Positions 38,917 to 49,522 of a DNA stretch of 64,000 nucleotides are shown one piece after another. The first letter of the stretch is position 1. Every line of letters starts with the position of its first letter. Below the pieces are notes generated by a model, which searched no databases, was not told the DNA's origin, and saw only the letters and a program-made list of their open reading frames with translations. The stretch spans positions 1,385 through 65,384 of the forward strand of contig JBDRVV010000013.1 in the NCBI GenBank assembly GCA_039802005.1, read 5' to 3'. The stretch comes from a candidate division WOR-3 bacterium. GTDB taxonomy: Bacteria > Hydrothermota > Tepidihabitantia > SM23-42 > JAOAFX01. Position numbers and translations under genes: made by a program.

Positions 38917-39542
38917 TCTTTTGATATAATTTTTCGCGGTGTCTTCAATTGTATGATTTCGCGATAAATCAAATCAAGGTCCGTGCTCGTTAAAAAGTCA
39001 AAGCCCTTGATGTTGACAATCAAAAGAAGGCTCGTGTTGTAGTGTATAAAAAATGAATTATACGCCTCGCATAGTTTTACAAGATACTCATATTCAATAT
39101 TCCGTTCGTATGGGCGGTCACGCTGTTTTATCCTTTTATACAATAAATCAGGGGTAGACTGGAGATAGACCACCACATCCGGCCTGGGGATCTCTTTTTC
39201 AATGAGCGAATAGATTTTATCGTATAATGAGAATTCATCTTCGGTCAGATTGACTTCGGCAAAGATGCGATCCTTGGCAAATAGATAATCGCTGATCAGC
39301 CGTGAATGGAAGAGGTCCATCTGGTTGATTTTTCTCTGCTGACGGTATCTGGACATAAGAAAATATAACTGCGTATGGAATGCATAATAACTCGGGTTGG
39401 AATAGAATTTTGCCAAAAACGGATTATCATCAAATTCTTCAAGAATCAATCCGGCATGGAACTTATTTGCTAAACCTTTGGCAAGGGTAGTCTTGCCTGC
39501 CCCGATTACGCCTTCAATCGCAATATATCTCAATTCCCTCAT
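38913..39542 (-). CDS. Deoxynucleoside kinase (dAK/dGK family)
   Basis: IEGVIGAGKTT P-loop and the dNK family layout. Confidence 0.8.
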   Translation of the reverse strand: MRELRYIAIEGVIGAGKTTLAKGLANKFHAGLILEEFDDNPFLAKFYSNPSYYAFHTQLYFLMSRYRQQRKINQMDLFHSRLISDYLFAKDRIFAEVNLTEDEFSLYDKIYSLIEKEIPRPDVVVYLQSTPDLLYKRIKQRDRPYERNIEYEYLVKLCEAYNSFFIHYNTSLLLIVNIKGFDFLTSTDLDLIYREIIQLKTPRKIISKE

Positions 39543-39996
39543 TCTTTACTCCTGCTTTCATTTCTTTAATGCTTTTATTTTGGGCAGGGGGTATGAAATT
39601 CGGGGCAATATCTGCCATTGGAATGATTGCGAAATTACGTTCAAAAAAATATGGATGGGGAATTTTTAAATCAGGTTCGTTGACAATGCGATTTCCATAA
39701 AAGATAATATCAATATCAATTATTCGCGGTCCCCATTTTTCAGTTTTTTCTCTTTTCAATTTCTTTTCTATCTCTTTGATTTTTTGTAATAATTCTTCTG
39801 GAGTAAAATCGGTCTCTGCTTCAACTGCCATATTCAGAAAATCAGGCTGGTCTTTTTTTCCCCATGGTTTGGTTTTATAGATTTTTGATTTCTTTAGAAT
39901 TTTTATACCATTTTTTGATAATTCATCAACTGCATTCATTAAATTTTCTTTTAATTTGCCAAGATTTGTGCCTAAAAGGAGATAAACCCTTTCCAT
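39514..39996 (-). CDS. folK: 2-amino-4-hydroxy-6-hydroxymethyldihydropteridine pyrophosphokinase
   Basis: HPPK motifs (WGPRIIDIDII, PHPYFFERNF). Confidence 0.8.
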   Translation of the reverse strand: MERVYLLLGTNLGKLKENLMNAVDELSKNGIKILKKSKIYKTKPWGKKDQPDFLNMAVEAETDFTPEELLQKIKEIEKKLKREKTEKWGPRIIDIDIIFYGNRIVNEPDLKIPHPYFFERNFAIIPMADIAPNFIPPAQNKSIKEMKAGVKNEGIEIYCD

Positions 39997-40139
39997 CTTT
40001 TCAATTCTATCCGAAATATCTATTTTGTCAAGGTGAGAGGGGTTTGATATTTCTTATTGACATTTAGCTGGATTTTTGTATTTTTATACGAAAAATATGG
40101 TTTTTAGAAACAAAAATAAATATAAAAAAAGGGGGTAAT

Positions 40140-42536
40140 ATGATGAATCTATCGTTCTTTGCTTTTATCTTTTTTATAACATCCACTGGAGTTATGTCTG
40201 GTTTCAATTCTGTAATTCAGGAGCCAATTTATTTTATTGCCAATAAGGGACAATGGGATGAAAAGGTGAAATTTATAGCCACTATCAATGGTGCTAAATA
40301 CTGGTTTATGAATGATGGATTTATCTGTCAGACACTTGTGGTGAACAGTGATGAGAAAATAGATAATCCTAAAGAATTTTTTCCCAACAGACAAAATGCA
40401 TTGCGTCGCCCAGAGATTAAATCAATTAAATGGACGTTAGAGAATGTATCAAAAGAAGTTCAAATTATTGGTTTGGATACCATGCCTCATTATTCAAATT
40501 ATTTCATTGGTAATAAGCCGGAAAAATGGAGGACAGAAGTTCCTCATTTCAAAGCCATTTTTTATTCGGGTATTTATCCTGATATTGATCTAAAATTTTA
40601 TGCGTGCGCTGATAATATTAAATACGATTTTATAGTCAAACCCGGTGCCGACCCTTCCAGTATTAGCATTCGATATAGTGAAATTGGGGCATTGAATGTA
40701 TCAGAAGATGGGAAGTCAGTGATAGTCGCCAATGGAAATTTGCACAATGAGTTTGATTTACTTGTATATCAGGTTAGAGGTGGAAAAAAGATTGAGATAG
40801 ATGGGCGGTTTAAGATTTCAAATAAAAATTCGTTAGGATTTGAAATTGGCGAATATGACAAAAGCCTGCCGTTAATTATCGACCCCAGGGTTTCTATTAT
40901 CTACAGCACCTATCTCGGCGGTTCTTCTTATGAAAGTGGTAATGATGTGGTTGTAGATACCCTGGGCTGTGCTTATGTGACAGGCTATACCTTATCCACA
41001 AACTTTCCCCTGCAAAATCCATACCAGAATAATAATGCCGGTGGTTTTGATGTCTTTGTGAGTAAATTTTCTTACAATGGGAATCAATTGCTTTATAGCA
41101 CCTATTTGGGTGGGACGGATGAAGATGTAACTTATGGAATTGCTATTGATAGCCTCGGAAATATCTATATTGCTGGCCGAACATCTTCAACCAATTTTCC
41201 GGTGATAAATTATTATCAGCAGTATTATGGAGGTGGTTTATATGATGCTTTCGTCACGAAAATTAGCGCCAGTGGTACCCAGCTTTTATTCAGCACCTAT
41301 CTTGGTGGGTCAGGTGATGACCAGGCAATGGATATTGCTGTTGATCCGAATAGTCATTGTTATGTCGTAGGTAAAACTTCTTCTACCAATTTCCCTTTAC
41401 GAAATCCTCTACAACCCAACTATGGTGGAGGTTATTTTGACTGTTTTATAACAAAATTTTTACCTTCAGGAAATCAACTTGCCTTCAGCACCTATTTAGG
41501 GGGCTCGGTTCTGGATGAAGGTTGGGGTCTGGCATTGGACAGTGCTAATAATATTTATACGGTTGGTTATACTTCTTCGCCTGATTTCCCTGTTCAGGAT
41601 CCATTTCAGCCCAATCCGGCCGGTGCAAATGATGGCTTTGTAACCAAATTATCAGCGGCGGGGAATGCGCTCATTTATAGTACATATTTTGGGGGTGAAT
41701 TATACGACTATTGTCAGGCAGTATGTGTTGATAGATTTGGTCATGCCTATGTGACTGGCGGCACTGAATCTGACAATTTCCCCATTTATAATCCGTATCA
41801 AAATATTCACTATGGGGTTGACGCCTTTGTATCAAAATTCAGTGTTAATGGAACAAATTTAGTTTTCAGTACTTTTTTAGGTGGCACGAGTTATGAATAT
41901 GGACAGGACATCGCCGTGGACTCATATCAATGTGTTTATGTAACCGGATATACTGGTTCAGGAAATTTCCCCTTGAGAAATGCATTCCAGAATTTTTATG
42001 GTGGTGGTTATTATGATGGATTTATTACAAAATTTGTTTTTGCCGGTAATCAATTGAGTTATAGTTCCTATCTTGGTGGTAATAGCGATGATGTGCCGTA
42101 TGGACTAGCCATTGACCAGAGTGGTTGTGCGTATGTAACCGGTAATACTCTATCATCTAATTTCCCAGTTATGAATCCTTTTCAGGGAATCATAAATGGT
42201 CCGGCCGATGCATTTTTGACTAAATTGAGTATGGATAATACCGGTTATATGGAAATGCCCGCAGTAAAAATGCCGGTTTTATTTAATATCCAGCCCAGCA
42301 TTGTTTATGACATTATCAATATGGAGATAAAAATACCCCAATCCGATAAATTAGTAATTTCAGTATTGGATGTCAATGGCGGTAAAATTACCGAAATTTG
42401 TCCGCAAAATATTAATCCGGACAGGATGACAATATCCTGGAGTGCAAAAGACCTGCCAGCAGGCATATATTTCATTAAGATTGATATCGGAAGGGATTAT
42501 TCAGGGGTGCGTAAATTTGTTAAATTGAATAACTGA
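40140..42536 (+). CDS. Large secreted SBBP beta-propeller-repeat protein with T9SS C-terminal domain
   Basis: About 12 repeats of STYLGGS..D.G.GIA.D..GN.YV.G.T.S.NFP. Signal peptide and T9SS CTD. Confidence 0.7.
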   Translation: MMNLSFFAFIFFITSTGVMSGFNSVIQEPIYFIANKGQWDEKVKFIATINGAKYWFMNDGFICQTLVVNSDEKIDNPKEFFPNRQNALRRPEIKSIKWTLENVSKEVQIIGLDTMPHYSNYFIGNKPEKWRTEVPHFKAIFYSGIYPDIDLKFYACADNIKYDFIVKPGADPSSISIRYSEIGALNVSEDGKSVIVANGNLHNEFDLLVYQVRGGKKIEIDGRFKISNKNSLGFEIGEYDKSLPLIIDPRVSIIYSTYLGGSSYESGNDVVVDTLGCAYVTGYTLSTNFPLQNPYQNNNAGGFDVFVSKFSYNGNQLLYSTYLGGTDEDVTYGIAIDSLGNIYIAGRTSSTNFPVINYYQQYYGGGLYDAFVTKISASGTQLLFSTYLGGSGDDQAMDIAVDPNSHCYVVGKTSSTNFPLRNPLQPNYGGGYFDCFITKFLPSGNQLAFSTYLGGSVLDEGWGLALDSANNIYTVGYTSSPDFPVQDPFQPNPAGANDGFVTKLSAAGNALIYSTYFGGELYDYCQAVCVDRFGHAYVTGGTESDNFPIYNPYQNIHYGVDAFVSKFSVNGTNLVFSTFLGGTSYEYGQDIAVDSYQCVYVTGYTGSGNFPLRNAFQNFYGGGYYDGFITKFVFAGNQLSYSSYLGGNSDDVPYGLAIDQSGCAYVTGNTLSSNFPVMNPFQGIINGPADAFLTKLSMDNTGYMEMPAVKMPVLFNIQPSIVYDIINMEIKIPQSDKLVISVLDVNGGKITEICPQNINPDRMTISWSAKDLPAGIYFIKIDIGRDYSGVRKFVKLNN

Positions 42537-42634
42537 TAGACACTTGATCAAAATAATTAACATATCCAAATAATGTATTGTAGTATATTTGATTGTCTCT
42601 TATCTTTATTATTAATCAGTCGTTAAAAAGTATG

Positions 42635-42668
42635 TTCTGGAATTCCGGTAATTACCAGAATTCCAGAA
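42635..42668. promoter_or_regulatory. Third copy of the TGGTAATTACCA-core palindrome (TTCTGGAATTCCGGTAATTACCAGAATTCCAGAA), between convergent genes
   Basis: Read directly. Near-perfect 34-bp inverted repeat. Confidence 0.55.
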
Positions 42669-42700
42669 TAAATGAAGGCATTGCTAATGATGGTGAAAAT

Positions 42701-43765
42701 CTATCTAATTACAATTTTCCCTGAAGTGATTTTACTAAAAGTGGTGAATATATAAAAATAAATCCCGGGATTTACTTTCTTCCCAGCCTTGTCTTTTAAA
42801 TCCCATTCAACGATTTTGATCTCATTTTTTGCCGCAATTCCCTTGAATTCACGCAATTTTTTGCCGGTGATATCAAAGATTGAAATGCAGTAGGGTTCTC
42901 CTATGCCCTGGTTGAAAATGAATGTGGTATGATCAACGCACGGGTTAGGAATGGGAATAACTTCTGTGCTGGTTGGCTTTTGAGAAATCATCTCTCCTAT
43001 ACCCGTTAAATCTGTTACCTTGACGATCCCGGCCTGCCAGATCTCTTTTGTAGAATCAGGAAGCATTGTATCACACTGAATCCAGGTAACGATTTCGCAC
43101 TTATTTACATTCCAATCTGGTTGGATTGTAAAATTCCGGCTCACGATTACCGAATCACCAGGATTAATTGTGACTGCTGTTCCACCAGTATCCGGCAAAT
43201 AATCCCTTGCTACATGGTTATGCCAGTTATCGCCATTGGGTGCGGCAAAATAGACGCTGTCTTCAGTCAAAACAAAACGAATTCTGCCGCTGAAGGTTAT
43301 TGTTGAATCATTGCGAAATTTCGCATAGACAATCCCACTGCCAGTATTCTGATTGTAAATTCCCCACATTGAGCAGGTAAACGGAGCCGGCCGGGTCATG
43401 GCATTCAAAATTTTTGTGCGCCAGGTGGGATAAACATTCGTGCCATGTTTATTTCCGTCATACCATAGCCATGGGCTAATATACCACCAACCATTTGAAT
43501 ACCAGGGTGGCGTGTAAAAATTATAAAGGCGTGCCCTTGCTTCTGGCGAATAAAGGGGATATTCATTGTCATAATGCATCTCAACGACCACAACTCTTCC
43601 CGGATAATCTATTGCAATTTTTGCCAGTGTACAACTGGCAGGATAACAGGAGCCTCAGTCTTCCTGGTACATTTCTTCACACACTACCATTCGCTGGACG
43701 CTGAAACTGAAATTTATTAAAAAAGTTATAGTTATTACTAAACAAAGTAAATATTTTTTATTCAT
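42701..43765 (-). pseudogene. T9SS-CTD cargo protein gene interrupted by an in-frame TGA (43655-43657) between the signal peptide and the mature region
   Basis: The upstream frame encodes MNKKYLLCLVITITFLINFSFSVQRMVVCEEMYQED-TGA-GSCYPASCTLAKIAIDYPGRVVVVEMHYD..., continuous with the listed ORF 42701..43591. Confidence 0.45.
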
Positions 43766-43907
43766 ACGGCACCCCGCGTACACAATTATAAATTATATCT
43801 TAGTTTTTCTTTTTGTCAATTATAGTATAACGCCGTTAATGTAATTGTAGAGTAATCTCTGCCACTGTAATTTAATCCCCCTGTTTCCCCCCTTTAGAAA
43901 AGTGGAA

Positions 43908-45173
43908 TTAGTCCTTTCGCTTGCTCAAAATATTCTGCTCGTATTTTTTTATTGCGCCAAGCCAGTCCGGGTCAAGTGGGACATTGGAGATAAAACAGAA
44001 ATAATCCCAGACTGCACTGAAAGGCAGTGTCTTTAACGCTTCATAAATACCGAGCCTGGAGATATAATCTTTTCTTTCTTCAAATTTCTTTAACATCTTT
44101 ATCGGTTCAAGCATGGCGTATAATAGTGCCTTCTGGACTGAACGCGCACCCAGGACCCAGGCGCCGATACGGTTGAGGGTTGCATCAAAATAATCAAGCC
44201 CGATATAAATTCTTGAAAGTGCATCGCACCTTATGATTTCTGAAAATAACTCTCTGAGTGTATCATCAAATAGTGGTATATGGTCGCTGTCCCAGCGCAC
44301 ACCCCGGCTGATGTGAAGCAGAATGCCTTTGATAAATAAAAGCAGAGATGATATTTTATCCGCAATAGATTCAGTTGGATGAAAATGTCCGAGGTCAAGA
44401 CAGAGCATTAAATCATTCTTTAAGGCATAACTCAGATAAAATTCAAATGAACCCGTAACAAATGATTCGCTTCCGATTCCGAAGAGTTTTGGCTCCAGGG
44501 AATCTCTTAAAAATTTTTCTGGATATTTTTTTGAATATATTTTATCAAGGGAATCTTTGAGCAGACTCCGATAACCGATACGGTCAACACAGATGTCCTT
44601 CATTCCATCAGGTATCCAGAGATTATGGACCGAGGGCATTTTTAATTCCCTGCCAAAATAGGCTGCGATCTCCCGCGAGCGGCGGACATGCTCAATCCAA
44701 AAATCCCTTATCTTTTTATTTTTACTGCTCAAGGTAAATCCATCTTCAGACAAAGGATGAGAAAATAGTGTAGCATTGAAATCAAGCCCTAATTTTCTTT
44801 CTTTTGCCCAGTCAACCCAGGATTGAAAATGCTCAATGCCGATCTCATTCCGCTCAACCTTTTTGTTCCCAAAATCACCATATATCGCATGGAGATTGAT
44901 GCGGTGTCTGCCCGGGATTAAAGAGAGTGCCATTGCTAAATCCTGGCGCAATTCTAAAATATTCCTTGCCCTGCCTGGATAATTTCCCGTGACCTGTATC
45001 CCGCCCGAAAGTGGTGAACCCTGCATTTCAAATCCCTTTACATCATCACCCTGCCAGCAATGGATTGAAAGGCTTATCCGCGCAAGTTTTTTTATTACCT
45101 GCTCGGTATCAATCCCAAATTTTTGATACCTTTCCTGTGCATATCTATATTGTTCAATGATCTTATTCTTCAT
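43908..45173 (-). CDS. rhaA: L-rhamnose isomerase
   Basis: IHCWQGDDV motif, ~420 aa. Confidence 0.85.
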   Translation of the reverse strand: MKNKIIEQYRYAQERYQKFGIDTEQVIKKLARISLSIHCWQGDDVKGFEMQGSPLSGGIQVTGNYPGRARNILELRQDLAMALSLIPGRHRINLHAIYGDFGNKKVERNEIGIEHFQSWVDWAKERKLGLDFNATLFSHPLSEDGFTLSSKNKKIRDFWIEHVRRSREIAAYFGRELKMPSVHNLWIPDGMKDICVDRIGYRSLLKDSLDKIYSKKYPEKFLRDSLEPKLFGIGSESFVTGSFEFYLSYALKNDLMLCLDLGHFHPTESIADKISSLLLFIKGILLHISRGVRWDSDHIPLFDDTLRELFSEIIRCDALSRIYIGLDYFDATLNRIGAWVLGARSVQKALLYAMLEPIKMLKKFEERKDYISRLGIYEALKTLPFSAVWDYFCFISNVPLDPDWLGAIKKYEQNILSKRKD

Positions 45174-46664
45174 CTATTCTCCTTTGCGATTTTTTTCTGA
45201 GATCTTTTGATATTTTTCTTCATATCTATCCCATTTTTCTTTTTCCGCGGGATCATAAACTTTGATTGCAAACGAATCCCTGACAATCGCACGCAATTGC
45301 TCCAGAGATTTTATTCTACCTTTTGCCCTTGCCTGGACCAGAAGATTACCAATAGCAGTTGCCTCAACTGGACCCGCATATACGGTTAGTCCCGTAGCAT
45401 CTGCAGTGAACTGGCAGAGCAGAGAATTCAAGGCACCACCACCGATTATGTGCAGAGCAGGATAATCCGCATTATGTATTTCCTGGACTTGTTTCAACAC
45501 TCTCCGATATGCAAAGGCAAGACTCTCCAGAATACAACGCACAAACTCGCCGATATTTTCAGGAATTTTCTGACCGGTCTCTTTACAAAACGAGATTATC
45601 TCCTGGGTTAAATTATTACTATATAGAAATCTTGGATCATTGGTATCAATCAAGGAACGAAATCCTTCTGCGCTCTTTGCCAATGCAATCAGTTCTTCAT
45701 AAGAATAAATTTTATCCCTGTCCCATTCCTTTTTGCAATTATGCAATATCCCGAGCCCGAATATATTCTTTAAAAGGCATATCTTTCTTTCTACACCACC
45801 TTCATTGGTAAAATTATAATGATAGGCTGTATCATTTATTAATGGCTTTTCAACCTCTATTCCGAATAATGACCAGGTGCCAGAGCTGATGTAGATAAAA
45901 TCTTTATTTGTTGCCGGGACTGCGGCAATCGCAGAGGCAGTGTCATGTGAGGCAACGGCAATCACCAGGGTATCCTTCAATCCGGTCATTGATGATACAG
46001 CATTCTTTATACTGCCGATCTTGTTGCCGGGCTCAATGACCTCGGGAAATATTATAGAGTTCACTCCAATCGCCTCAATGATTTTTTCGTCCCATTCGTT
46101 TTTATTGATATTATAAATCTGGGAGGTCGTCGCAAAGGTGAATTCAGAAAATTTTTCTCCGGTTAAAAAATAATTTAATATATCGGGTATGAATAGAAGT
46201 GTTGATGCATTTTTGAGCAGGGGACTTTTGTTTACCTTCATTACATAGAGTTGATACAGGGTATTTATCTCCATAAACTGAATTCCGGTGCGTTGATAAA
46301 TCTCTTTTTTAGAGATCTTTTTTGTGAATTTTTCAATCATTCCTCTGGTGCGCGAGTCGCGATATGAGAATGGCGGTGCAAGCAGATTGCCATTTTTATC
46401 AAATAGCCCAAAATCAACACCCCAGGTATCAATCCCGATTGATGTCGGTCTTTCGGTTATCTCCCTCGCGCAGATGGACAGACCTTTTAAGATTTCACGA
46501 TAAAGATTTTCCATATCCCAGTGCAAGCCATCTGAGAGCTGAACAGGCTCATTGGGAAAGCGATACAGTTCTTTTATTGTTAATCGGTCTTTTTGGTCAA
46601 GTATCCCCGCAATTACCCTGCCACTACCGGCACCAAGGTCAATACCGAGATATGTATCAGGCAT
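45174..46664 (-). CDS. rhaB: Rhamnulokinase (FGGY family)
   Basis: FGGY N-terminus LGIDLGAGSGRV, placed between rhaA and rhaD. Confidence 0.8.
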   Translation of the reverse strand: MPDTYLGIDLGAGSGRVIAGILDQKDRLTIKELYRFPNEPVQLSDGLHWDMENLYREILKGLSICAREITERPTSIGIDTWGVDFGLFDKNGNLLAPPFSYRDSRTRGMIEKFTKKISKKEIYQRTGIQFMEINTLYQLYVMKVNKSPLLKNASTLLFIPDILNYFLTGEKFSEFTFATTSQIYNINKNEWDEKIIEAIGVNSIIFPEVIEPGNKIGSIKNAVSSMTGLKDTLVIAVASHDTASAIAAVPATNKDFIYISSGTWSLFGIEVEKPLINDTAYHYNFTNEGGVERKICLLKNIFGLGILHNCKKEWDRDKIYSYEELIALAKSAEGFRSLIDTNDPRFLYSNNLTQEIISFCKETGQKIPENIGEFVRCILESLAFAYRRVLKQVQEIHNADYPALHIIGGGALNSLLCQFTADATGLTVYAGPVEATAIGNLLVQARAKGRIKSLEQLRAIVRDSFAIKVYDPAEKEKWDRYEEKYQKISEKNRKGE

Positions 46665-47466
46665 AGTCTTTGAGATTGAATCTTTTTATCAATTCCTTTA
46701 TTTGTTTTTCAGAAAGTCCTTCGGGTTCAAATCCGGCATTTTTACAGATAAAAAATATCTCACAGGATTTGTTGACGGTATCAATCAAATCAAATGCCTC
46801 AAAAATATCTTTGCCAATTGCCACACAGCCATGCTTTTCCCAGACCACAATCCGGTGATTCTTCAATCTCTTTATTGTCTCTTTGCCAAGTTCTTCTGTG
46901 CCCGGGCATTTATAAGGCACAAACCCTACGCCTTCAGGAATGACCACCTTTACCTCAGGATGGATAGACCAGACAAGCTTGTTGAAATTTTTCTCATTTG
47001 CATATTCCTTTATATGGGTCAGGGCAATGATATGATTGGGATGGGTATGGAGAATTGCCTTTTTATCACTTTTGTTTTTTAATAAAAAGGCATAAATCAA
47101 AAGGTGGCTGATAAATTCGGATGTAGAAGGCCTATCGGTTTTATTTTCATTCAAGATATAGTAGCCATTAAGTTTCCTATCAATCATCACCAGTAGTATA
47201 TTATCAGATGGATATTTTTTTATATCGCGTAGCCGTGCACCGGTAGCAGTGACGAGATAAAAGCGGTTTCCTAAAATCGGGTCAGGAACAGGAAATGGGA
47301 GTTTTTTGCTTTTTTTTAAAGATTTGATTCTATTATGCAACAATTCAGTGACATCAACTGAGAGATTGCCGGCATTGCGCTCTGCCCAGCCCTTTTGCCA
47401 GAGAAATGTACCCACTTCGCCGAGTTGATAAATTATCTTTTTCAATTCAGGAACTTCCAAAAACAA
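46657..47466 (-). CDS. rhaD: Rhamnulose-1-phosphate aldolase (class II aldolase/adducin family)
   Basis: Class II aldolase His ligands (HTHPNH). Confidence 0.8.
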   Translation of the reverse strand: MFLEVPELKKIIYQLGEVGTFLWQKGWAERNAGNLSVDVTELLHNRIKSLKKSKKLPFPVPDPILGNRFYLVTATGARLRDIKKYPSDNILLVMIDRKLNGYYILNENKTDRPSTSEFISHLLIYAFLLKNKSDKKAILHTHPNHIIALTHIKEYANEKNFNKLVWSIHPEVKVVIPEGVGFVPYKCPGTEELGKETIKRLKNHRIVVWEKHGCVAIGKDIFEAFDLIDTVNKSCEIFFICKNAGFEPEGLSEKQIKELIKRFNLKDYA

Positions 47467-47467
47467 T

Positions 47468-49519
47468 TCATCCCTCCTGGGGCGCGATTTTTAGGACAAT
47501 CCCGTCTTTTCTATTGATATGCCAGTATATAAAATTCTGGTGTTGAAAATCGACCATCTCGGTCTTGTTTAATACCAAATCAGTTACCTGATAAATGCCT
47601 TCCAATCCCAATTTAATCGTGAATTTGACCCCTGATGGATTATTATTGTTATTCACCGCAAAGAGATAATAAGTATTATCGCGTTTAAATAATGCCGAAT
47701 GGATATTATTTTCTTCGGCACGGCAATAGACCTTTATTTCTAATCCTTCCAAAAGCGCAGTAATCAGTCCAGCCTCTGGTTTCAAACCAATGAATGTCAA
47801 TCTTCCCTTTCCTATATTCTGGGTATAGCCGACGATATATTCACTGCCCAAGGGTAAATTCGTAAACCAGAATGTAGTATTGAGACATTTCGCCATTATC
47901 GGCACTCCAGGAACTTCCTTAAAATAATAGATATAAGGTGATTGGGTATTGATTTCTCTATTGCCGAGTCTGAGCAGGAGTTTTCTGGGGCTCAATTCAT
48001 AGCCGATAATACCTTCAGGTGTCGGTATATTTAGTATGTTTGCTTCCTGGAAATTGTCATCAAATAAGAATGGTTTGCCAATTATTATAAAATGTCCACC
48101 ATTCTGGATGTATTTTAAAATCCTGTTTTGATAATCAGCTGACAACCATTCTTCACCTGCATAAAAAAGGACTGGTTTATCACATTCGTTATAATTCAGG
48201 TCAAAGAATTCAAAATCTATACCTGTATCATAAAAGGGTTTTAATAAATCTGCACCTGCATAAATGCCAGAGGTTATCTCATTCTGTTTATTACAAACTG
48301 CCTGCTGGAGAAAATCAACGGCTATTCCAATATCACAAAGTCGTTTTAAATCAGGTGGTTTTAGTTCATAATAGACCTCAACAATTTTTTTGAATACGGA
48401 AAATAGTTCTGGACGCTCTATGCCCCATTCATTTATCGGGCTCATATACCAGTTATCACGATTCACAAGCATATACCAGTTCCAGCCGACTGCACCAGCG
48501 AGTAATGCAGAAAGGCATAATAAACGATAATGATTGGCACTCAGGGCACCGGTTTGATAATGCCAGCCATGCCATATCCCGGATTCTAATTCCGCAATAA
48601 ATGGTAATCTTGAATAAGAAGCGACATAACGAATGGAAAAGAGAAAATGGCGGTGTTCATCCGGACGCCCTACAAATTCATTCGTTGGATAATAATCCGG
48701 GGCAGATATATCAGCGACCTTTTCCAGCAGGGACCAGGGCTGGACACCAATTGTATCAACATTGAAATAGAGCGGTATATCAACACCACATTTCTGATAG
48801 ATTTCTTTATTCCATCTGGCGACCTCTTTTGTATACCACAATAAAAATCTCACGACATCTATTCTTCTACAATCAACTTTTGATACATCATCAAATGCCC
48901 GGACATCAGAAAACCTTGAATAATCGCTTTTCCATAATTTGTTCAAATTTGTAATATCACGGTAGCGCTTCTCCAAGAATTCCTGAAACATACCCGGGGT
49001 ATTACCAAGCCCGAGTTGTTCACCATAAAAATTTATGAATGGATGGATTTCATTATCCGGCTGTAAAAGGATTATTCTTCCACCATTCGTGGCAAAGTAT
49101 GGTTTCAAAAATTCGGCTATTTCCCGAATCCAGCAGGCTGCCTCTTTCTTAAATTCTAAATGGAGCCGGTGATAAGGGACAAGGCGCTCGGGTACACCAA
49201 AATTTATCCATTCTGAATAGATATAAGGACCAGGTCTGATAATAATATAAAAATCCATTTCGCTAAGTAGTTCTAAGAAAGATTTTAAGTCTCTTCTCGG
49301 GTCGGTCTTACCAGTAAAATCATATTTATTGACTTCAAACTCATGGAACTGCCAGCAGATATATGTTGATACAATTTGAATTCCAAGTTCTTTGACCTTT
49401 TCAAGAATCACCTTCCAGGATTGGGGTGCGAGCCGCCAGTAATGGACCTCACCGCTGAGCAAAGGAATCGCCTTTTGGTCAAGATAGATTTTTTTGTCTT
49501 TTATAGAGAGACTAAACAA
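47468..49519 (-). CDS. Glycoside hydrolase family 35-like beta-galactosidase
   Basis: SGEVHYWRL...STYICWQFHE...IIIRPGPYIYSEW...QPDNEI resembles the GH35 catalytic region. Confidence 0.6.
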   Translation of the reverse strand: MFSLSIKDKKIYLDQKAIPLLSGEVHYWRLAPQSWKVILEKVKELGIQIVSTYICWQFHEFEVNKYDFTGKTDPRRDLKSFLELLSEMDFYIIIRPGPYIYSEWINFGVPERLVPYHRLHLEFKKEAACWIREIAEFLKPYFATNGGRIILLQPDNEIHPFINFYGEQLGLGNTPGMFQEFLEKRYRDITNLNKLWKSDYSRFSDVRAFDDVSKVDCRRIDVVRFLLWYTKEVARWNKEIYQKCGVDIPLYFNVDTIGVQPWSLLEKVADISAPDYYPTNEFVGRPDEHRHFLFSIRYVASYSRLPFIAELESGIWHGWHYQTGALSANHYRLLCLSALLAGAVGWNWYMLVNRDNWYMSPINEWGIERPELFSVFKKIVEVYYELKPPDLKRLCDIGIAVDFLQQAVCNKQNEITSGIYAGADLLKPFYDTGIDFEFFDLNYNECDKPVLFYAGEEWLSADYQNRILKYIQNGGHFIIIGKPFLFDDNFQEANILNIPTPEGIIGYELSPRKLLLRLGNREINTQSPYIYYFKEVPGVPIMAKCLNTTFWFTNLPLGSEYIVGYTQNIGKGRLTFIGLKPEAGLITALLEGLEIKVYCRAEENNIHSALFKRDNTYYLFAVNNNNNPSGVKFTIKLGLEGIYQVTDLVLNKTEMVDFQHQNFIYWHINRKDGIVLKIAPQEG

Positions 49520-49522
49520 TAT

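Noticed and set aside
42701-43765. Alternative genetic code (UGA sense) as the explanation for the in-frame TGA
   Set aside because: TGA terminates several well-supported genes in the window, for example the NuoH-like gene at 115-117, so a genome-wide UGA reassignment is not supported.
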